Positions 30,052 through 42,623 of a stretch of 64,000 nt of DNA are shown piece by piece. This DNA is from Gammaproteobacteria bacterium (GTDB lineage Bacteria; Pseudomonadota; Gammaproteobacteria; JBCCGL01), in the NCBI GenBank assembly GCA_965277715.1, contig OZ255836.1:3616001-3680000 (forward strand). Reading direction: 5' to 3'. A program made the translations under genes and the position numbers. Position 1 is the stretch's first letter. Each line of letters opens with the position of its first letter. Below the pieces are notes generated by a model that was not told the origin of the DNA, did no database searches, and was given only the letters and a program-made list of their open reading frames with translations.

Positions 30052-30644
30052 TACTGGTCTCCCAGAGAAATGGATACGGCCCGGTTTACCCAGTTTCCCT
30101 GACTATCAGGGATAAGTTCATTAATACTGATCTTTGTTTCGTTGACGTCGATAATTTTTCCATCGTTTTCACCGGCATAGCTACCCGCCTGCACGCGGTG
30201 AATAGTGCCGTTGGGGTCTTGTACTAATCCCCAGATAGTATTGTCTTGTTCCAGTGCGCCGACCATTTTCAATGAATCCAGCGAGAATGCTTCGAGCGGT
30301 TCGCGCCGACGTTGTTGATCGGGTAGTGGGCTTGCTGATGGCAGAGTTTCCTCAATAGCCTGCTCGGCGACGAAGGGGTCACTTACCAATGAGGCATCGT
30401 AGGTAAACGACTGATAGGACACAATTTCGGGTAGCGGTTCGACTTCACCCAAGTGTTTCTTCTTTATTTGTGCCACGTATTGTTCAAGGTCACTGATATC
30501 ATTTGAGCAGCCGCTTAACCCTGTGATGGTAATTGCTACAATGATCGCCAGGGAGAGACTAAGGGCGCCTCTATCTTCAGCACTATTTTTAGCCGTATCC
30601 TTGAGTGGCGCCATTTTTTCGCCTTTGACATGTATAACCGACAT
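30051..30644 (-). CDS. pilP: Type IV pilus assembly lipoprotein
   Basis: LSGC lipobox; REPLEAFSLDSLKMVG. Confidence 0.95.
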   Translation of the reverse strand: MSVIHVKGEKMAPLKDTAKNSAEDRGALSLSLAIIVAITITGLSGCSNDISDLEQYVAQIKKKHLGEVEPLPEIVSYQSFTYDASLVSDPFVAEQAIEETLPSASPLPDQQRRREPLEAFSLDSLKMVGALEQDNTIWGLVQDPNGTIHRVQAGSYAGENDGKIIDVNETKISINELIPDSQGNWVNRAVSISLGDQ

Positions 30645-31255
30645 TAACCGCCTCCCTCTTCCAGATAGCGATAGGTGGTTGCCGTCAAGCTCATTTGCAA
30701 ACGGCCAGATGAATCGTCCAGGGGCGTTATCATAATGTCATGCAATGTGACGATACGCGGTAATGCCGCCAAGCCACTGACAAAATTGCCAAACTGATGG
30801 TAGTTGCCACTGACATTCAATGTGATGGGGTATTTCGCATAGAATTCTTCATGTATCTCATCTTCGGGTTTGAAAGACTGAACCTCCAGCCCTGCAGCGA
30901 TACTGGTTTGTGACAGGTCAATCAGCAGGTTTTCGATATCAATTTTGTCGGGTAGCTGGCGCAACATCACGCCGAATGAACGCGTCATTTCGTTGAGTTG
31001 GTTACGGTAGGCGTCCAGGTTGGCGGCTTTTTTCTGTTCGTTGTTAAGTGTTGTGCGCAGTTGCGCCTCACGCTTTTCCAGGGCGGTTAGCTGGTTGTAT
31101 GCGGGCAATGAAAATAACCACACACCCAGGCCCAATAACAGCAGCATCGATATTGTGATAAGCGCTATGCGTACACCCAGTGGTGCGCTGCCGACTCTGG
31201 CGAGGTCGTCGGTGTCCAGTGACTGTAAGTCTTCAAAGGCTTGTTGAATATCCAT
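30644..31255 (-). CDS. pilO: Type IV pilus assembly protein
   Basis: MLRQLP, GNYHQFGNFVS..LPRIVTL and TYRY motifs. Confidence 0.95.
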   Translation of the reverse strand: MDIQQAFEDLQSLDTDDLARVGSAPLGVRIALITISMLLLLGLGVWLFSLPAYNQLTALEKREAQLRTTLNNEQKKAANLDAYRNQLNEMTRSFGVMLRQLPDKIDIENLLIDLSQTSIAAGLEVQSFKPEDEIHEEFYAKYPITLNVSGNYHQFGNFVSGLAALPRIVTLHDIMITPLDDSSGRLQMSLTATTYRYLEEGGG

Positions 31256-31257
31256 CG

Positions 31258-31818
31258 TTATTGTGCCTGCTTACTGATTTGTGGATTGGCTTGTTCTAAT
31301 TGGAGTGTAAATGAGCTAACGCTTTTGTCTGCGTTGGCCTCGATAATATCCAGCCGGGGTTCGGTAAACCACTCGGAGTTGTGCAGGTTGCGCATAAATG
31401 CGGATACACGCGAATTGGATTCAGCTTTGCCCTGCAGCGTAATCGTGTCCTGCTGTTGCTCGATAGCGGTGAGTTTGACACCTTCTGGCAGGGCATTGGC
31501 GAGTTCATAGAATACATGCACAACTTGTGGTCGGCGCGTTTGTAGCTGCTGAATGATTTCGGTGCGCGCCAATAGCTGTTGTTTGGTATTTTCCAGCTCG
31601 CCGATCTCGATCAGTTCCGCTTTCAGCCGGTCGATCTCCACTTGCAGGTATTGATTGCGACGGTTTTGATAGTCAATCTGGCCGTCTATGAAAAACACGG
31701 TATAAAATACGATGGAGCCTACTAATACTGCACCTAAAAATAGCTGTTGGGTAAAGGCTTTCGTTTTGCGTTGGCGTTCCTCGTCACGCCACGGCAGCAG
31801 GTTGATTTTGGTTGACAT
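31258..31818 (-). CDS. pilN: Type IV pilus assembly protein
   Basis: INLLPWR and GKAESNSRVSAFMRNL motifs. Confidence 0.95.
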   Translation of the reverse strand: MSTKINLLPWRDEERQRKTKAFTQQLFLGAVLVGSIVFYTVFFIDGQIDYQNRRNQYLQVEIDRLKAELIEIGELENTKQQLLARTEIIQQLQTRRPQVVHVFYELANALPEGVKLTAIEQQQDTITLQGKAESNSRVSAFMRNLHNSEWFTEPRLDIIEANADKSVSSFTLQLEQANPQISKQAQ

Positions 31819-32879
31819 CAGTCGAATCTCCGCAATGCCAATCCGGCGGCAAGCATCAGCGACGGTGCGTCGGTGTATAGTCGCTGGCGCTGGACATTAG
31901 ATGCCAGTTGCATATTTGCAAATGGATTGACAATGCTGGTACGGGTGCCAATGTGTGCCTGAATAAATTCATCGATGCCGGGTATCATCGCATTGCCGCC
32001 AGCGAGCACAACGTGGTCAACATTGTCGTGACTGCCCGCAGAGAAGAAAAATTGTAAAAACCGACTGACCTGCTGCGCCATGGTTTGTTTAAAAGGTTCG
32101 AGTATTTCGATTTCATAGTTTTCCGGGAGACCGCCATTGCGTTTTGCCCTGCCGGCATCCTCGTAGGACAAACCATAGCGACGCATAATATCCTCGGTGA
32201 GCTGCCTGCCGCCAAATGGTTGTTCACGTGTGTAAATCAGGTTCCTGTCGTAGATAACATTGAGGCTTGTCATGGTGGCGCCCACATCGACAATCGCCAC
32301 TGTTTTGCCAGCACCCTGGTTGTCGATCTGGTCGGCAAACAGCGAAAACGCGTGTTCGACGGTATAGGGTTCAATGTCCATGATTTTGGTTTTTAATCCA
32401 CCGATATCAGCCGCTGCAGACCGGTCGTCGACATTTTCGCTTTTTGATGCTGCCAGCAGCACATCGACAGTTGATGTCGAGTCAAGCGTGGGGCCAAGTG
32501 TTTGAAAGTCGAGATTGATTTCCTCAAGTGGGTAGGGAATATATTGATCCGCCTCAAGCTGAATCTGGATTTCCATTTCATTGTCGCTCAATGTGCTGGG
32601 CATAGTGATTACTTTGGTTATCACCGCTGATCCGGGAACGGCAACGGCCGCCGTTTTTGCGCGTGTACCGGCAGTTTTCACCGCGTTGCGAACGGCTTCA
32701 CCTACCGCCTCGATATCTTTCAGGCTTTTCTCCTGGATAGCGTCAACCGGTAATGGCGATACCGCATAACTTTCCACGCGATAACCATCACCCTTACGGC
32801 TTAGCTCCAGCAGCTTCACAGAAGTAGAGCTGATATCCAGGCCCACCATCGGTGGGCTTTTTTTACTTAGGGAGAACAC
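31818..32879 (-). CDS. pilM: Type IV pilus assembly protein
   Basis: GLDISSTSVKLLEL, QYIPY and GLALRRF motifs. Confidence 0.97.
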   Translation of the reverse strand: MFSLSKKSPPMVGLDISSTSVKLLELSRKGDGYRVESYAVSPLPVDAIQEKSLKDIEAVGEAVRNAVKTAGTRAKTAAVAVPGSAVITKVITMPSTLSDNEMEIQIQLEADQYIPYPLEEINLDFQTLGPTLDSTSTVDVLLAASKSENVDDRSAAADIGGLKTKIMDIEPYTVEHAFSLFADQIDNQGAGKTVAIVDVGATMTSLNVIYDRNLIYTREQPFGGRQLTEDIMRRYGLSYEDAGRAKRNGGLPENYEIEILEPFKQTMAQQVSRFLQFFFSAGSHDNVDHVVLAGGNAMIPGIDEFIQAHIGTRTSIVNPFANMQLASNVQRQRLYTDAPSLMLAAGLALRRFD

Positions 32880-33121
32880 AATGGGTTACTGGGCACCTGT
32901 TTTTAGGGTAAACATCCCGGCCAATTGGCTGTAGGGTTACTAATATAGTGTATAGGATAGATGTTAATATACTTTAAATAATAGCTGCAAGTTTCTAATA
33001 ATACTCTAGATCACAATTTACTCATAGCGAACTGGTATACGTTTTATCATTGGTAAATGCTTTATAATCATATTTCTATTCACTGAGTATAATCCAACCA
33101 CCCTTAAAAACATGCCCGTTT

Positions 33122-35641
33122 ATGCCTAAGACAAAAAACACGACATTAATAAAACTGCTTAAATGGTTGTTTTCAATCGGTTTTTTAGGTGTGGTGCTGG
33201 CGCTGGGTGGTGTGTTTGGTCTGTATCTGTACCTGTCGCCGCAGCTTCCCCCAATCGATGTACTCAAGGATGTACGCTTGCAGGTGCCATTGCGGGTGTA
33301 CACCAGCGAGGGTGATCTTATTGTTGAAATTGGCGAAAAACGCCGTGAGCCACTATCCATCGATAAAGTGCCTGAACAGTTGAAGGCGGCTTACCTGGCA
33401 GCGGAAGATGACCGTTTTTATAGTCATCCCGGTGTCGATTATCAGGGTTTGCTACGCGCTGTAGTCAATTTGATCAAGACCGGGAAAAAAGGCCAGGGCG
33501 GTAGCACTATCACTATGCAGGTGGCACGAAACTTTTTTCTCACCCCTGAGAAAAGCTACAAACGTAAAATTAACGAGATATTTCTGGCATTAAGAATTGA
33601 AAATGAATTGTCGAAGGGCAAAATCCTCGAACTCTATTTAAATAAAATATTCCTGGGTAATCGTGCCTATGGGGTTGGGGCTGCATCAAAAGTGTATTAC
33701 GGCGTTGAGGTGCAGGATTTGACCCTGGCACAGATGGCCATGCTCGCAGCATTGCCCAAAGCACCCTCTGCAACCAACCCAGTGGCGAATCCAGAAGGGG
33801 CTCTGGGGCGTAGAAATTATGTGCTGGACCGCATGTTACACCTCAATATGATTGACGAGAAAGCCTGGCAGCAGGCACGCAATGCACCCATCAGCGCTAA
33901 AATCCATAGCGCCGCGCAGGAGGTGGATGCTGGCTATGTCGGAGAAATGGCGCGTGCCAAACTGGTCGAGTTGTTTGCGGATAACCCTTATACCGCTGGT
34001 TTAAAGGTCTATACCACGGTGAAAACTGCGCATCAGGAAGCCGCTAACCGCGCCTTGCGCAAGGCCTTGCTGGATTATGAACAGCGACGCGGATACCGTG
34101 GCGCAGTCGATACGCTTGACGCTGAGGTTTTGGCTGATGCTGAACGCATTGAATTGGCGTTAAAGGCTTACCCTACTCCAGGTGGGCTTCGTCCGGCAGT
34201 TGTTACTGTACTGGCGGAACAACAGGCCGATTTGTTTGTGCAGGGTAGGGAGAGTGCACAAATCCATTTTGAAGATCTGAAGTGGGCAGGTAAACGACAA
34301 AGGCGTGGTAAAGGGGCTGCGCCAAAGGTTATCGGTGATGTGTTGGCTGTTGGCGATGTTGTCTATCTGGCTGATGACCAGGGGCAGCTAAAGCTGGCGC
34401 AGATGCCTTTGGTCGAAGGGGCTTTTGTTTCCCTTGATCCGAGTGATGGGGCTATTCAGGCGCTGGTAGGTGGTTTCGATTTTTACCGCAGTAAATTTAA
34501 CCGGGTGATGCAGGCGGAACGCCAACCCGGTTCCAATTTCAAACCCATTATTTACTCGGCTGCACTGGAAAAGGGGTATACCGCTGCCAGGACCATTAAC
34601 GATGCGCCTGTCGTGCTTGATGACGTCTCGCTGGAAGGTGAATGGCGCCCGGAAAATTACAGTGGCAAGTTTTTTGGCCCCACACGGTTTCGCGAAGCGC
34701 TGGTTCGCTCGCGCAATCTGGTGTCCATCCGCCTATTAGATGATATGGGGCTGGATTATGTAATGGATTATGTCACCCGTTTTGGTATTGACCCAGGCAA
34801 TTTGCCGCGTAATTTATCGCTGGCGCTGGGGAGCGGCGGATTAAAGCCGATACAGGTGGTGAGAGCCTACGCGACCTTTGCCAATCAGGGTTTCCTGGTA
34901 GAGCCCTATCTGATCGACCGGATTGAAGATGTCGATGGTACGGTTTTGTTTAAAGCCAATCCAGCCATAGTATGTGATGGTGATTGCCCCAAAAGTCACC
35001 AGCAGGCCGGGCAGAGCGAGACAACTGTGGATAAACCAGATGCGAGTGACCCTGTTGCTAGTGAACCTGATCCGGTAAAAACGGATGAGTCGGGCAATCT
35101 GCAAAAGGCTGGCGAGGCGGCGGTAGTTAACTATGCTGAGCGCGTACTCGACCCCCGCAATGCCTATATTATGCGTTCTATTATGCGTGATGTCGTGCGC
35201 CGTGGGACGGCACGCCGGGCGACAGTGCTGGGTAGGCGGGATATTGGCGGCAAAACCGGCACCACTAATGATCAGCACGATGCATGGTATTCCGGCTTTA
35301 ACGATCAACTGGTTGCCACCGCGTGGGTGGGGTACGACCAACAAAAATCGCTTGGTGCACGCGAGACAGGTGGGCGTGCCGCGCTACCTATATGGATAGA
35401 TTATATGCGCGAAGCCCTACAGGGATTGCCTGAAAATAAAATAATCGAACCCGATGGCATGACCTCAGTATTGATCGATCCGGTGACCGGTGACGTGGCT
35501 GACGGTGGTAATAGCGATGCTATTTTTGAAATGTTTCGTGTTGAGTATGCTCCCACGCCCAGTGTTTCTGGCAGTGGTGATAGCGCTGTAACTACACAGG
35601 AAATCAAGCAACAGGAAGAAACAACCGAAGGGTTGTTTTAA
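33122..35641 (+). CDS. mrcA: Penicillin-binding protein 1A
   Basis: AEDDRF and GGSTITMQVARN transglycosylase motifs; SNFK, SRN and KTG transpeptidase motifs; divergent from pilM. Confidence 0.97.
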   Translation: MPKTKNTTLIKLLKWLFSIGFLGVVLALGGVFGLYLYLSPQLPPIDVLKDVRLQVPLRVYTSEGDLIVEIGEKRREPLSIDKVPEQLKAAYLAAEDDRFYSHPGVDYQGLLRAVVNLIKTGKKGQGGSTITMQVARNFFLTPEKSYKRKINEIFLALRIENELSKGKILELYLNKIFLGNRAYGVGAASKVYYGVEVQDLTLAQMAMLAALPKAPSATNPVANPEGALGRRNYVLDRMLHLNMIDEKAWQQARNAPISAKIHSAAQEVDAGYVGEMARAKLVELFADNPYTAGLKVYTTVKTAHQEAANRALRKALLDYEQRRGYRGAVDTLDAEVLADAERIELALKAYPTPGGLRPAVVTVLAEQQADLFVQGRESAQIHFEDLKWAGKRQRRGKGAAPKVIGDVLAVGDVVYLADDQGQLKLAQMPLVEGAFVSLDPSDGAIQALVGGFDFYRSKFNRVMQAERQPGSNFKPIIYSAALEKGYTAARTINDAPVVLDDVSLEGEWRPENYSGKFFGPTRFREALVRSRNLVSIRLLDDMGLDYVMDYVTRFGIDPGNLPRNLSLALGSGGLKPIQVVRAYATFANQGFLVEPYLIDRIEDVDGTVLFKANPAIVCDGDCPKSHQQAGQSETTVDKPDASDPVASEPDPVKTDESGNLQKAGEAAVVNYAERVLDPRNAYIMRSIMRDVVRRGTARRATVLGRRDIGGKTGTTNDQHDAWYSGFNDQLVATAWVGYDQQKSLGARETGGRAALPIWIDYMREALQGLPENKIIEPDGMTSVLIDPVTGDVADGGNSDAIFEMFRVEYAPTPSVSGSGDSAVTTQEIKQQEETTEGLF

Positions 35642-35818
35642 CCTAAATTCCGCAGTTGAATCTACTGCGAGCACCTAATGCACAGAATCTAAAGCGCTTT
35701 AACCAGCATTTCAGCTTCACCTGTAGAATCACGACAGGATGGCTAAAATGCGGGTAAAAACACTTCATCTTCAGCACCTTAGACGCCCTCGCTACGATTC
35801 AACTGCGGAATTTAGGTT
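35640..35818. mobile_element. 179-bp MITE-like element with perfect 23-bp terminal inverted repeats
   Basis: AACCTAAATTCCGCAGTTGAATC (35640-35662) and GATTCAACTGCGGAATTTAGGTT (35796-35818); too short to encode a transposase. Confidence 0.85.
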
Positions 35819-36918
35819 TGCCCGTCTTGTCCGTCATGGTACTGGGGGCTTAGCGTCTGTACGGCTTCCACCATCGCGGCGACGTGATCTGGGTTGATAC
35901 GCGGGTGAATGCCGTGGCCTAAATTAAATATGTGTCCACTGCCCCGGCCATAGCTGGCGAGTACTTTGCCTACTTCACGGTGGATTGTCTGTGGGTCGGC
36001 ATAGAGGACATTGGGGTCGAGATTGCCTTGTAATGCCACCCGGTCACCGGTGAGTTCACGCGCACGGGCGAGATCGGTGGTCCAGTCGACACCGAGTGCA
36101 TCACAACCTGTGTCCGCCATTGCCTGTAACCATTGCCCGCCATTTTTAGTGAATAACACAACAGGCACCTGGCGACCCTCATTGTGCCGGTTGAGTTGTT
36201 CAATAATGCGTTGCATATAATTCAATGAAAAATCGCGGTAGTTCTGTGGCGACAGCACACCGCCCCAGGTATCAAAAATCATCACTGCCTGCGCCCCTGC
36301 GGATATTTGTGCGTTTAGGTAGGCAGCGACGGTGTCGCTCAATTTCTCCAGTAGCGTATGCAGACAGTCGGCCTGGTTAAACAACATGGATTTAATCTTT
36401 GCGAATTCACGGCTGGACTGGCCTTCCACCATATAGGTTGCCAATGTCCAGGGGCTGCCGGAAAAGCCAATTAGTGGCACGCTGCCGTTGAGTGCGGTCC
36501 GAATGGTGCGTATTGCCTCCATCACGTAAGCTAAATCGGCATTGGGGTCTATTTTAGGCAGCTTATCGATATCGCTGCGGTTGCTCAGCCGTGTCTTAAA
36601 GCGCGGCCCTTCGCCTTCAGAAAAGTATAGCCCCAGCCCCATTGCATCCGGGATGGTGAGAATATCTGAAAACAAAATTGCCGCATCCAGCGCAAAGCGT
36701 GCCAGTGGTTGTAAGGTGACTTTGCAGGCCAGTTCCGGGGATTTGCACAGTGTCATAAAATCGCCCGCGTCGGCCCGGGTGGCGCGGTACTCAGGCAGAT
36801 AGCGGCCTGCCTGGCGCATAATCCATACGGGTGTACGGTCGACGGGCTGGCGCAGCATTGCACGCAGTAAACGGTCGTTTTTCAGGTCGTTTTTTACATT
36901 TTCCACTAAACGGCTCAT
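35812..36918 (-). CDS. hemE: Uroporphyrinogen decarboxylase
   Basis: [24 protein letters not shown] and FNLGHG motifs; start approximate. Confidence 0.98.
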   Translation of the reverse strand: MSRLVENVKNDLKNDRLLRAMLRQPVDRTPVWIMRQAGRYLPEYRATRADAGDFMTLCKSPELACKVTLQPLARFALDAAILFSDILTIPDAMGLGLYFSEGEGPRFKTRLSNRSDIDKLPKIDPNADLAYVMEAIRTIRTALNGSVPLIGFSGSPWTLATYMVEGQSSREFAKIKSMLFNQADCLHTLLEKLSDTVAAYLNAQISAGAQAVMIFDTWGGVLSPQNYRDFSLNYMQRIIEQLNRHNEGRQVPVVLFTKNGGQWLQAMADTGCDALGVDWTTDLARARELTGDRVALQGNLDPNVLYADPQTIHREVGKVLASYGRGSGHIFNLGHGIHPRINPDHVAAMVEAVQTLSPQYHDGQDGQT

Positions 36919-36957
36919 ATTAGGTTCGTTTGATTTCCTAGACTCATACATCTAGGG

Positions 36958-38496
<1,539 letters not shown>

Positions 38497-38519
38497 CTAT
38501 GCCGAGGTGGCCACACTGA

Positions 38520-38972
38520 CTATGAAGTTAGGCGCGCCTTAATTTTTGCACTGACAGCAGCCATATCGGCACGGCCTTGAAGTTGCGGTTTAAGTTGTCC
38601 CATTACTTTGCCCATATCCTTTATCGTGCTGGCACTGCAGTTGTCGATAGCGTCATCGATTAGGCGATCAACGTCTGCATCACTCAAGGCTGTTGGCAGG
38701 TAATGCTGTAATACCTCAAGCTCGAAGATTTCCTGTTGCAATAAATCGTCGCGTGCTGCCTGCCGATACTGTTCCATTGATTCGCGGCGTTGCTTGGCCA
38801 TTTTATCCAGCACCGTAATAACAGCGGTATCATCCAGCGCGATACGCTCATCCACTTCGCGTTGCTTGATAGCGGCGTTGACCAGGCGAATAACGCCCAA
38901 CCGCCGTTTTTCGCCGCTTTTCATTGCGGCTTTCATGTCCGTATTGAGTTGTTGCTTGAGGTCGCTCATCAA
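38520..38972 (-). CDS. yqeY: GatB/YqeY domain protein
   Basis: KQRRES, YLP and DMGKVMG..GRAD motifs; follows rpsU. Confidence 0.93.
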   Translation of the reverse strand: MMSDLKQQLNTDMKAAMKSGEKRRLGVIRLVNAAIKQREVDERIALDDTAVITVLDKMAKQRRESMEQYRQAARDDLLQQEIFELEVLQHYLPTALSDADVDRLIDDAIDNCSASTIKDMGKVMGQLKPQLQGRADMAAVSAKIKARLTS

Positions 38973-39008
38973 AAACCGATGCCAAAAATACCGGGTTGCT
39001 GCGAACGT

Positions 39009-39224
39009 TTAGTACAAACGAACGCTACGAGCAGATTCTTTGGAGAGCTTTTTCTGGTGGCGTTTGACCGCAGCGGCCGCTTTGCGCTTGCGCTCGGTGG
39101 TGGGTTTTTCGTAAAACTCGCGACGGCGTGACTCGGTGACCACCCCGGCTTTTTCGCAGGCGCGCTTAAAGCGGCGCATGGCGATTTCAAACGGTTCATT
39201 TTCTCTGACGCGTACATCTGGCAT
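39009..39224 (-). CDS. rpsU: 30S ribosomal protein S21
   Basis: [26 protein letters not shown]. Confidence 0.98.
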   Translation of the reverse strand: MPDVRVRENEPFEIAMRRFKRACEKAGVVTESRRREFYEKPTTERKRKAAAAVKRHQKKLSKESARSVRLY

Positions 39225-39409
39225 TGCGGTTCTACCTGACCTTATAAAAGTGCATAATTTATGAGCATCTGCTCAGCGAATCGACCATTATATCGTCCGG
39301 GCGCTGTGTTGCAATAATTTGTTTGTTTTATCTTAAGTGTGTCCGGCATCTGTTTCCAGGATCATCCTGGGCAGGTTCACGGGTACGCAATGTTGAAGAG
39401 TTTTAATCT

Positions 39410-40420
39410 ATGAAAGTCCTTGGTATTGAATCATCCTGTGATGAAACAGGTGTTGCTGTTTACGATTACCACGCCGGGTTGCTGGCCCATCAACTATACA
39501 GCCAGGTTGAAATGCACGCCGAATACGGAGGGGTCGTGCCTGAGCTGGCCTCGCGTGATCATGTGCGCAAGTTATTACCACTAATCCGTGAAACCTTAAG
39601 CGCTGCATCGTTGACACTCGACGACCTTGACGGCATAGCCTATACCAGTGGCCCAGGATTGGCCGGTGCGTTGCTGGTGGGTGCTGCCACAGGGCGGTCG
39701 TTGGCCTGGGCGTTGCGTTTGCCCGCCATAGGTGTTCACCATTTGGAGGGGCACCTACTGGCACCAATGTTGGATGCAGCGCCACAGTTTCCCTTTGTGT
39801 GTCTGTTGGTTTCAGGTGGTCATACACAGCTTATTCAGGTGGATCGGATTGGTGACTACCGGTTGCTGGGCAGTAGCCTGGATGATGCAGTCGGTGAAGC
39901 TTTCGATAAAACAGCGCAGCTTTTAGGTTTGGGTTATCCAGGTGGCCCGGCGCTGGCGAAGCTCGCCGAGTCGGGGCGGCCCGGTGTGTTCCGGTTTCCA
40001 CGACCCATGACTGACCGGGCAGGGTTGGACATGAGTTTTAGTGGTTTAAAAACGTTTGCGATCACCACTTACCGGAAATCTGGCCCGGATGACGCCGCCA
40101 ATATTGCCTGGGCGTTCCAGGATGCAGTTGTCGATACTCTGCTAATAAAAACGCGACGGGCGCTGGAGCAAACGGGCATTAAGCAACTGGTGGTTGCCGG
40201 AGGTGTCGGGGCCAATCAATGCCTGCGCGAGCGCTTTTCTCATGCGTTCAAAAAACAAAGTGTGCGGGTTAACTACCCGCGTATGGCATTTTGCACCGAC
40301 AATGGTGCGATGATTGCACTGGCTGGCTGCATTCGCCTGCAAGCGGGTGAAACAGCGTCTTTGGAAGTGGGGATTAGACCGCGTTGGCCTATGCAGGAAG
40401 TTCAACCATTGCCAGCGTAA
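39410..40420 (+). CDS. tsaD: tRNA N6-adenosine threonylcarbamoyltransferase
   Basis: [20 protein letters not shown] and CTDNGAMIA motifs. Confidence 0.98.
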   Translation: MKVLGIESSCDETGVAVYDYHAGLLAHQLYSQVEMHAEYGGVVPELASRDHVRKLLPLIRETLSAASLTLDDLDGIAYTSGPGLAGALLVGAATGRSLAWALRLPAIGVHHLEGHLLAPMLDAAPQFPFVCLLVSGGHTQLIQVDRIGDYRLLGSSLDDAVGEAFDKTAQLLGLGYPGGPALAKLAESGRPGVFRFPRPMTDRAGLDMSFSGLKTFAITTYRKSGPDDAANIAWAFQDAVVDTLLIKTRRALEQTGIKQLVVAGGVGANQCLRERFSHAFKKQSVRVNYPRMAFCTDNGAMIALAGCIRLQAGETASLEVGIRPRWPMQEVQPLPA

Positions 40421-40480
40421 TTTCCCTGGTTTTCGTGTGCTTACCACAAGACAGTACATACATTCACGCTAAGCATCCAA

Positions 40481-41104
40481 TCAACCAGCTTTATGTGCGC
40501 CAATCCGGGGTTCTGTGCCTGCCATCAGGTTGCCAATATTACTGCGGTGGCGCCAAAACAGCAGCAGCGCAATACAGCAGAGTGTATAGATGATCACTGT
40601 CTTGCCACCGAGCAACCACAGATAAAGCGGCACCAGGCTAAATGTAGCCAGTGCAGCGACAGAGGAAATGCGAACACTCAGGCTTATAGCCAACCAGGTG
40701 GCGATGGCCAGCAGGCCACAAATCCACGATAGGCCCAGTAATGCACCGAGTGCGGTGGCGACTCCCTTACCTCCCTGGAAGCGGAAGAATAAGGGGTATA
40801 GGTGCCCTAAAAATGCCCCCAGCCCGGCAGCGGCCAATATACCGGCTTCGCTGTTGTCGTCTATATTGGCAAAGTGTACGGCGCAAACGGCCAGTAGGCC
40901 CTTGAGCATATCGCCTAATAGTGTGATGGCGGCGGCCTTTTTACCTGCGGAGCGAAGGACGTTAGTGGTGCCGGGGTTTTTTGAACCCGTGGTGCGCGGA
41001 TCCGGCAGTCGCATTAGCTTACAGGTTATGATTGCGGCTGACAGTGAGCCGAGTAAGTAGGCAGCGACGAATGCAATGCCCGTGAAAACAGTCAATGTAA
41101 CCAT
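40481..41104 (-). CDS. plsY: Glycerol-3-phosphate acyltransferase
   Basis: GSKNPGTTN, GGKGVAT and HRSNI motifs. Confidence 0.96.
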   Translation of the reverse strand: MVTLTVFTGIAFVAAYLLGSLSAAIITCKLMRLPDPRTTGSKNPGTTNVLRSAGKKAAAITLLGDMLKGLLAVCAVHFANIDDNSEAGILAAAGLGAFLGHLYPLFFRFQGGKGVATALGALLGLSWICGLLAIATWLAISLSVRISSVAALATFSLVPLYLWLLGGKTVIIYTLCCIALLLFWRHRSNIGNLMAGTEPRIGAHKAG

Positions 41105-41221
41105 AAGGTATTTCTCAGCGACAATGCGTTATTGTAGCGAATTAGGGCTGATAGGCTCTAAATAATGTTTTAGTTAAGATTCTTTTTCTACGATGGCTGC
41201 GTAGAAAGTTGGGGGACTGGC

Positions 41222-42127
41222 GTGAATGAAGAAAGCTTTGCGCTGAGCAACCGTTCGGTGCGGCAGGTGTTTGACCGGGCGGCAGATACCTATGATGCGG
41301 CGGCGGTATTGCAGGCCGAGGTTGGCAGGCGATTACTGGAGCGCCTGGATTATCTGCGTATAAACCCGGCGTTGGTGGTCGACCTTGGTACGGGCACTGG
41401 TCTGGCACTCGATGCGTTGCGCGACCGCTATCCATCGGCTCATATCGTTGGTATCGATATTTCTGAGGGCATGTTGCGCCGGGCGCGCAAGCGTGGTCGG
41501 TGGTTGCGGCGGCCACAGGTGCTCGCCGCCGATGCGCGGGCATTGCCGTTGGCCGATCGCTCGGTCGATTTGTTGTACGCCAATTTATTGCTGCCCTGGT
41601 GTGTGCAAATAGACCAGGTGTGGGCAGAAATTTCGCGTGTTTTGCGCCCTGGAGGGGCGATGTTGTGTACCACACTTGGCCCGGATACATTGATGGAGTT
41701 GCGGGCTGCAACGCAGGCGTTAGACTCAGCCGCTGTTCATGTACACGCTTTTATCGATATGCACGATATTGGCGATGCCCTGATTCGCCACCGCATCGCT
41801 GAACCGGTTATGGATGCCGAGAAACTACAATTGAGCTACCCATCGGTAGAGGGCTTGATTCGCGATTTGCGTCAAACAGGTTCGGGTAATATCGCCGCTG
41901 GTCGGCGTCACGGCCTCAACCGGTATTTGACTGCCGGGTCGATTGCCCGGCACTACCCTGGTAGTGACTCGGCTGCGGGTATTTCAGCGACAATCGAAGT
42001 GGTTTACGGTCATGGTTGGGCGAGTGAAGAGAGCGGGCAAACAACCATGGGTGTAGAGACCTATGTACCTGTGGCGTCTTTGCAGCGGCGCAAGGTCGAT
42101 GCATATTCCGTTAAAAAACCGCTATAA
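41222..42127 (+). CDS. bioC: Malonyl-ACP O-methyltransferase
   Basis: FDRAADTYD..LQAEV, DLGTGTG, GPDTLMEL, FIDMHDIGD and EVVYGHGW motifs. Confidence 0.88.
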   Translation: MNEESFALSNRSVRQVFDRAADTYDAAAVLQAEVGRRLLERLDYLRINPALVVDLGTGTGLALDALRDRYPSAHIVGIDISEGMLRRARKRGRWLRRPQVLAADARALPLADRSVDLLYANLLLPWCVQIDQVWAEISRVLRPGGAMLCTTLGPDTLMELRAATQALDSAAVHVHAFIDMHDIGDALIRHRIAEPVMDAEKLQLSYPSVEGLIRDLRQTGSGNIAAGRRHGLNRYLTAGSIARHYPGSDSAAGISATIEVVYGHGWASEESGQTTMGVETYVPVASLQRRKVDAYSVKKPL

Positions 42128-42623
42128 GTTAAGGCATCATCTACAATTTGGCGCTATAGGTTGTTGATTGCGATATTCTGGCAGAATCAGGTGTTGGCAT
42201 GTGAACTGCAAGCCTCTGAGCCTCTAAATTGCTGTGCATTTCAACTGTTTGGGCTGTCGCTTGGGTGTAAAGTCGGCTTGAGCTGTATCATGGGGTGGGT
42301 TAGGATGCGCTCCCAGCGAGAATGGCCTGTTTATACGGCCTGGGAGCTTGCCGGGTTTAGGTGCTCGTAACGGGAAAAAACTGGCTTGAGTCATTTTTTG
42401 TGCACTATTGAGGAGCATAGTGGTTCTATTTGACGGGATAGTATGCAAAAAATGGGTGCGCAAAAAAGGGCCAAACCGGCTTTCCGCAGTAGAGCAGTTC
42501 TGAACCCGACAGGCTCCTAAGTACAAGATTTTAAATAGACCGAAAATGATACCGGTTTAATTGAGCACCGCCGGTTTTAAGCGGTTGACAGAATTTATTA
42601 AATTGAAAGTGGAGTAACTAAAT

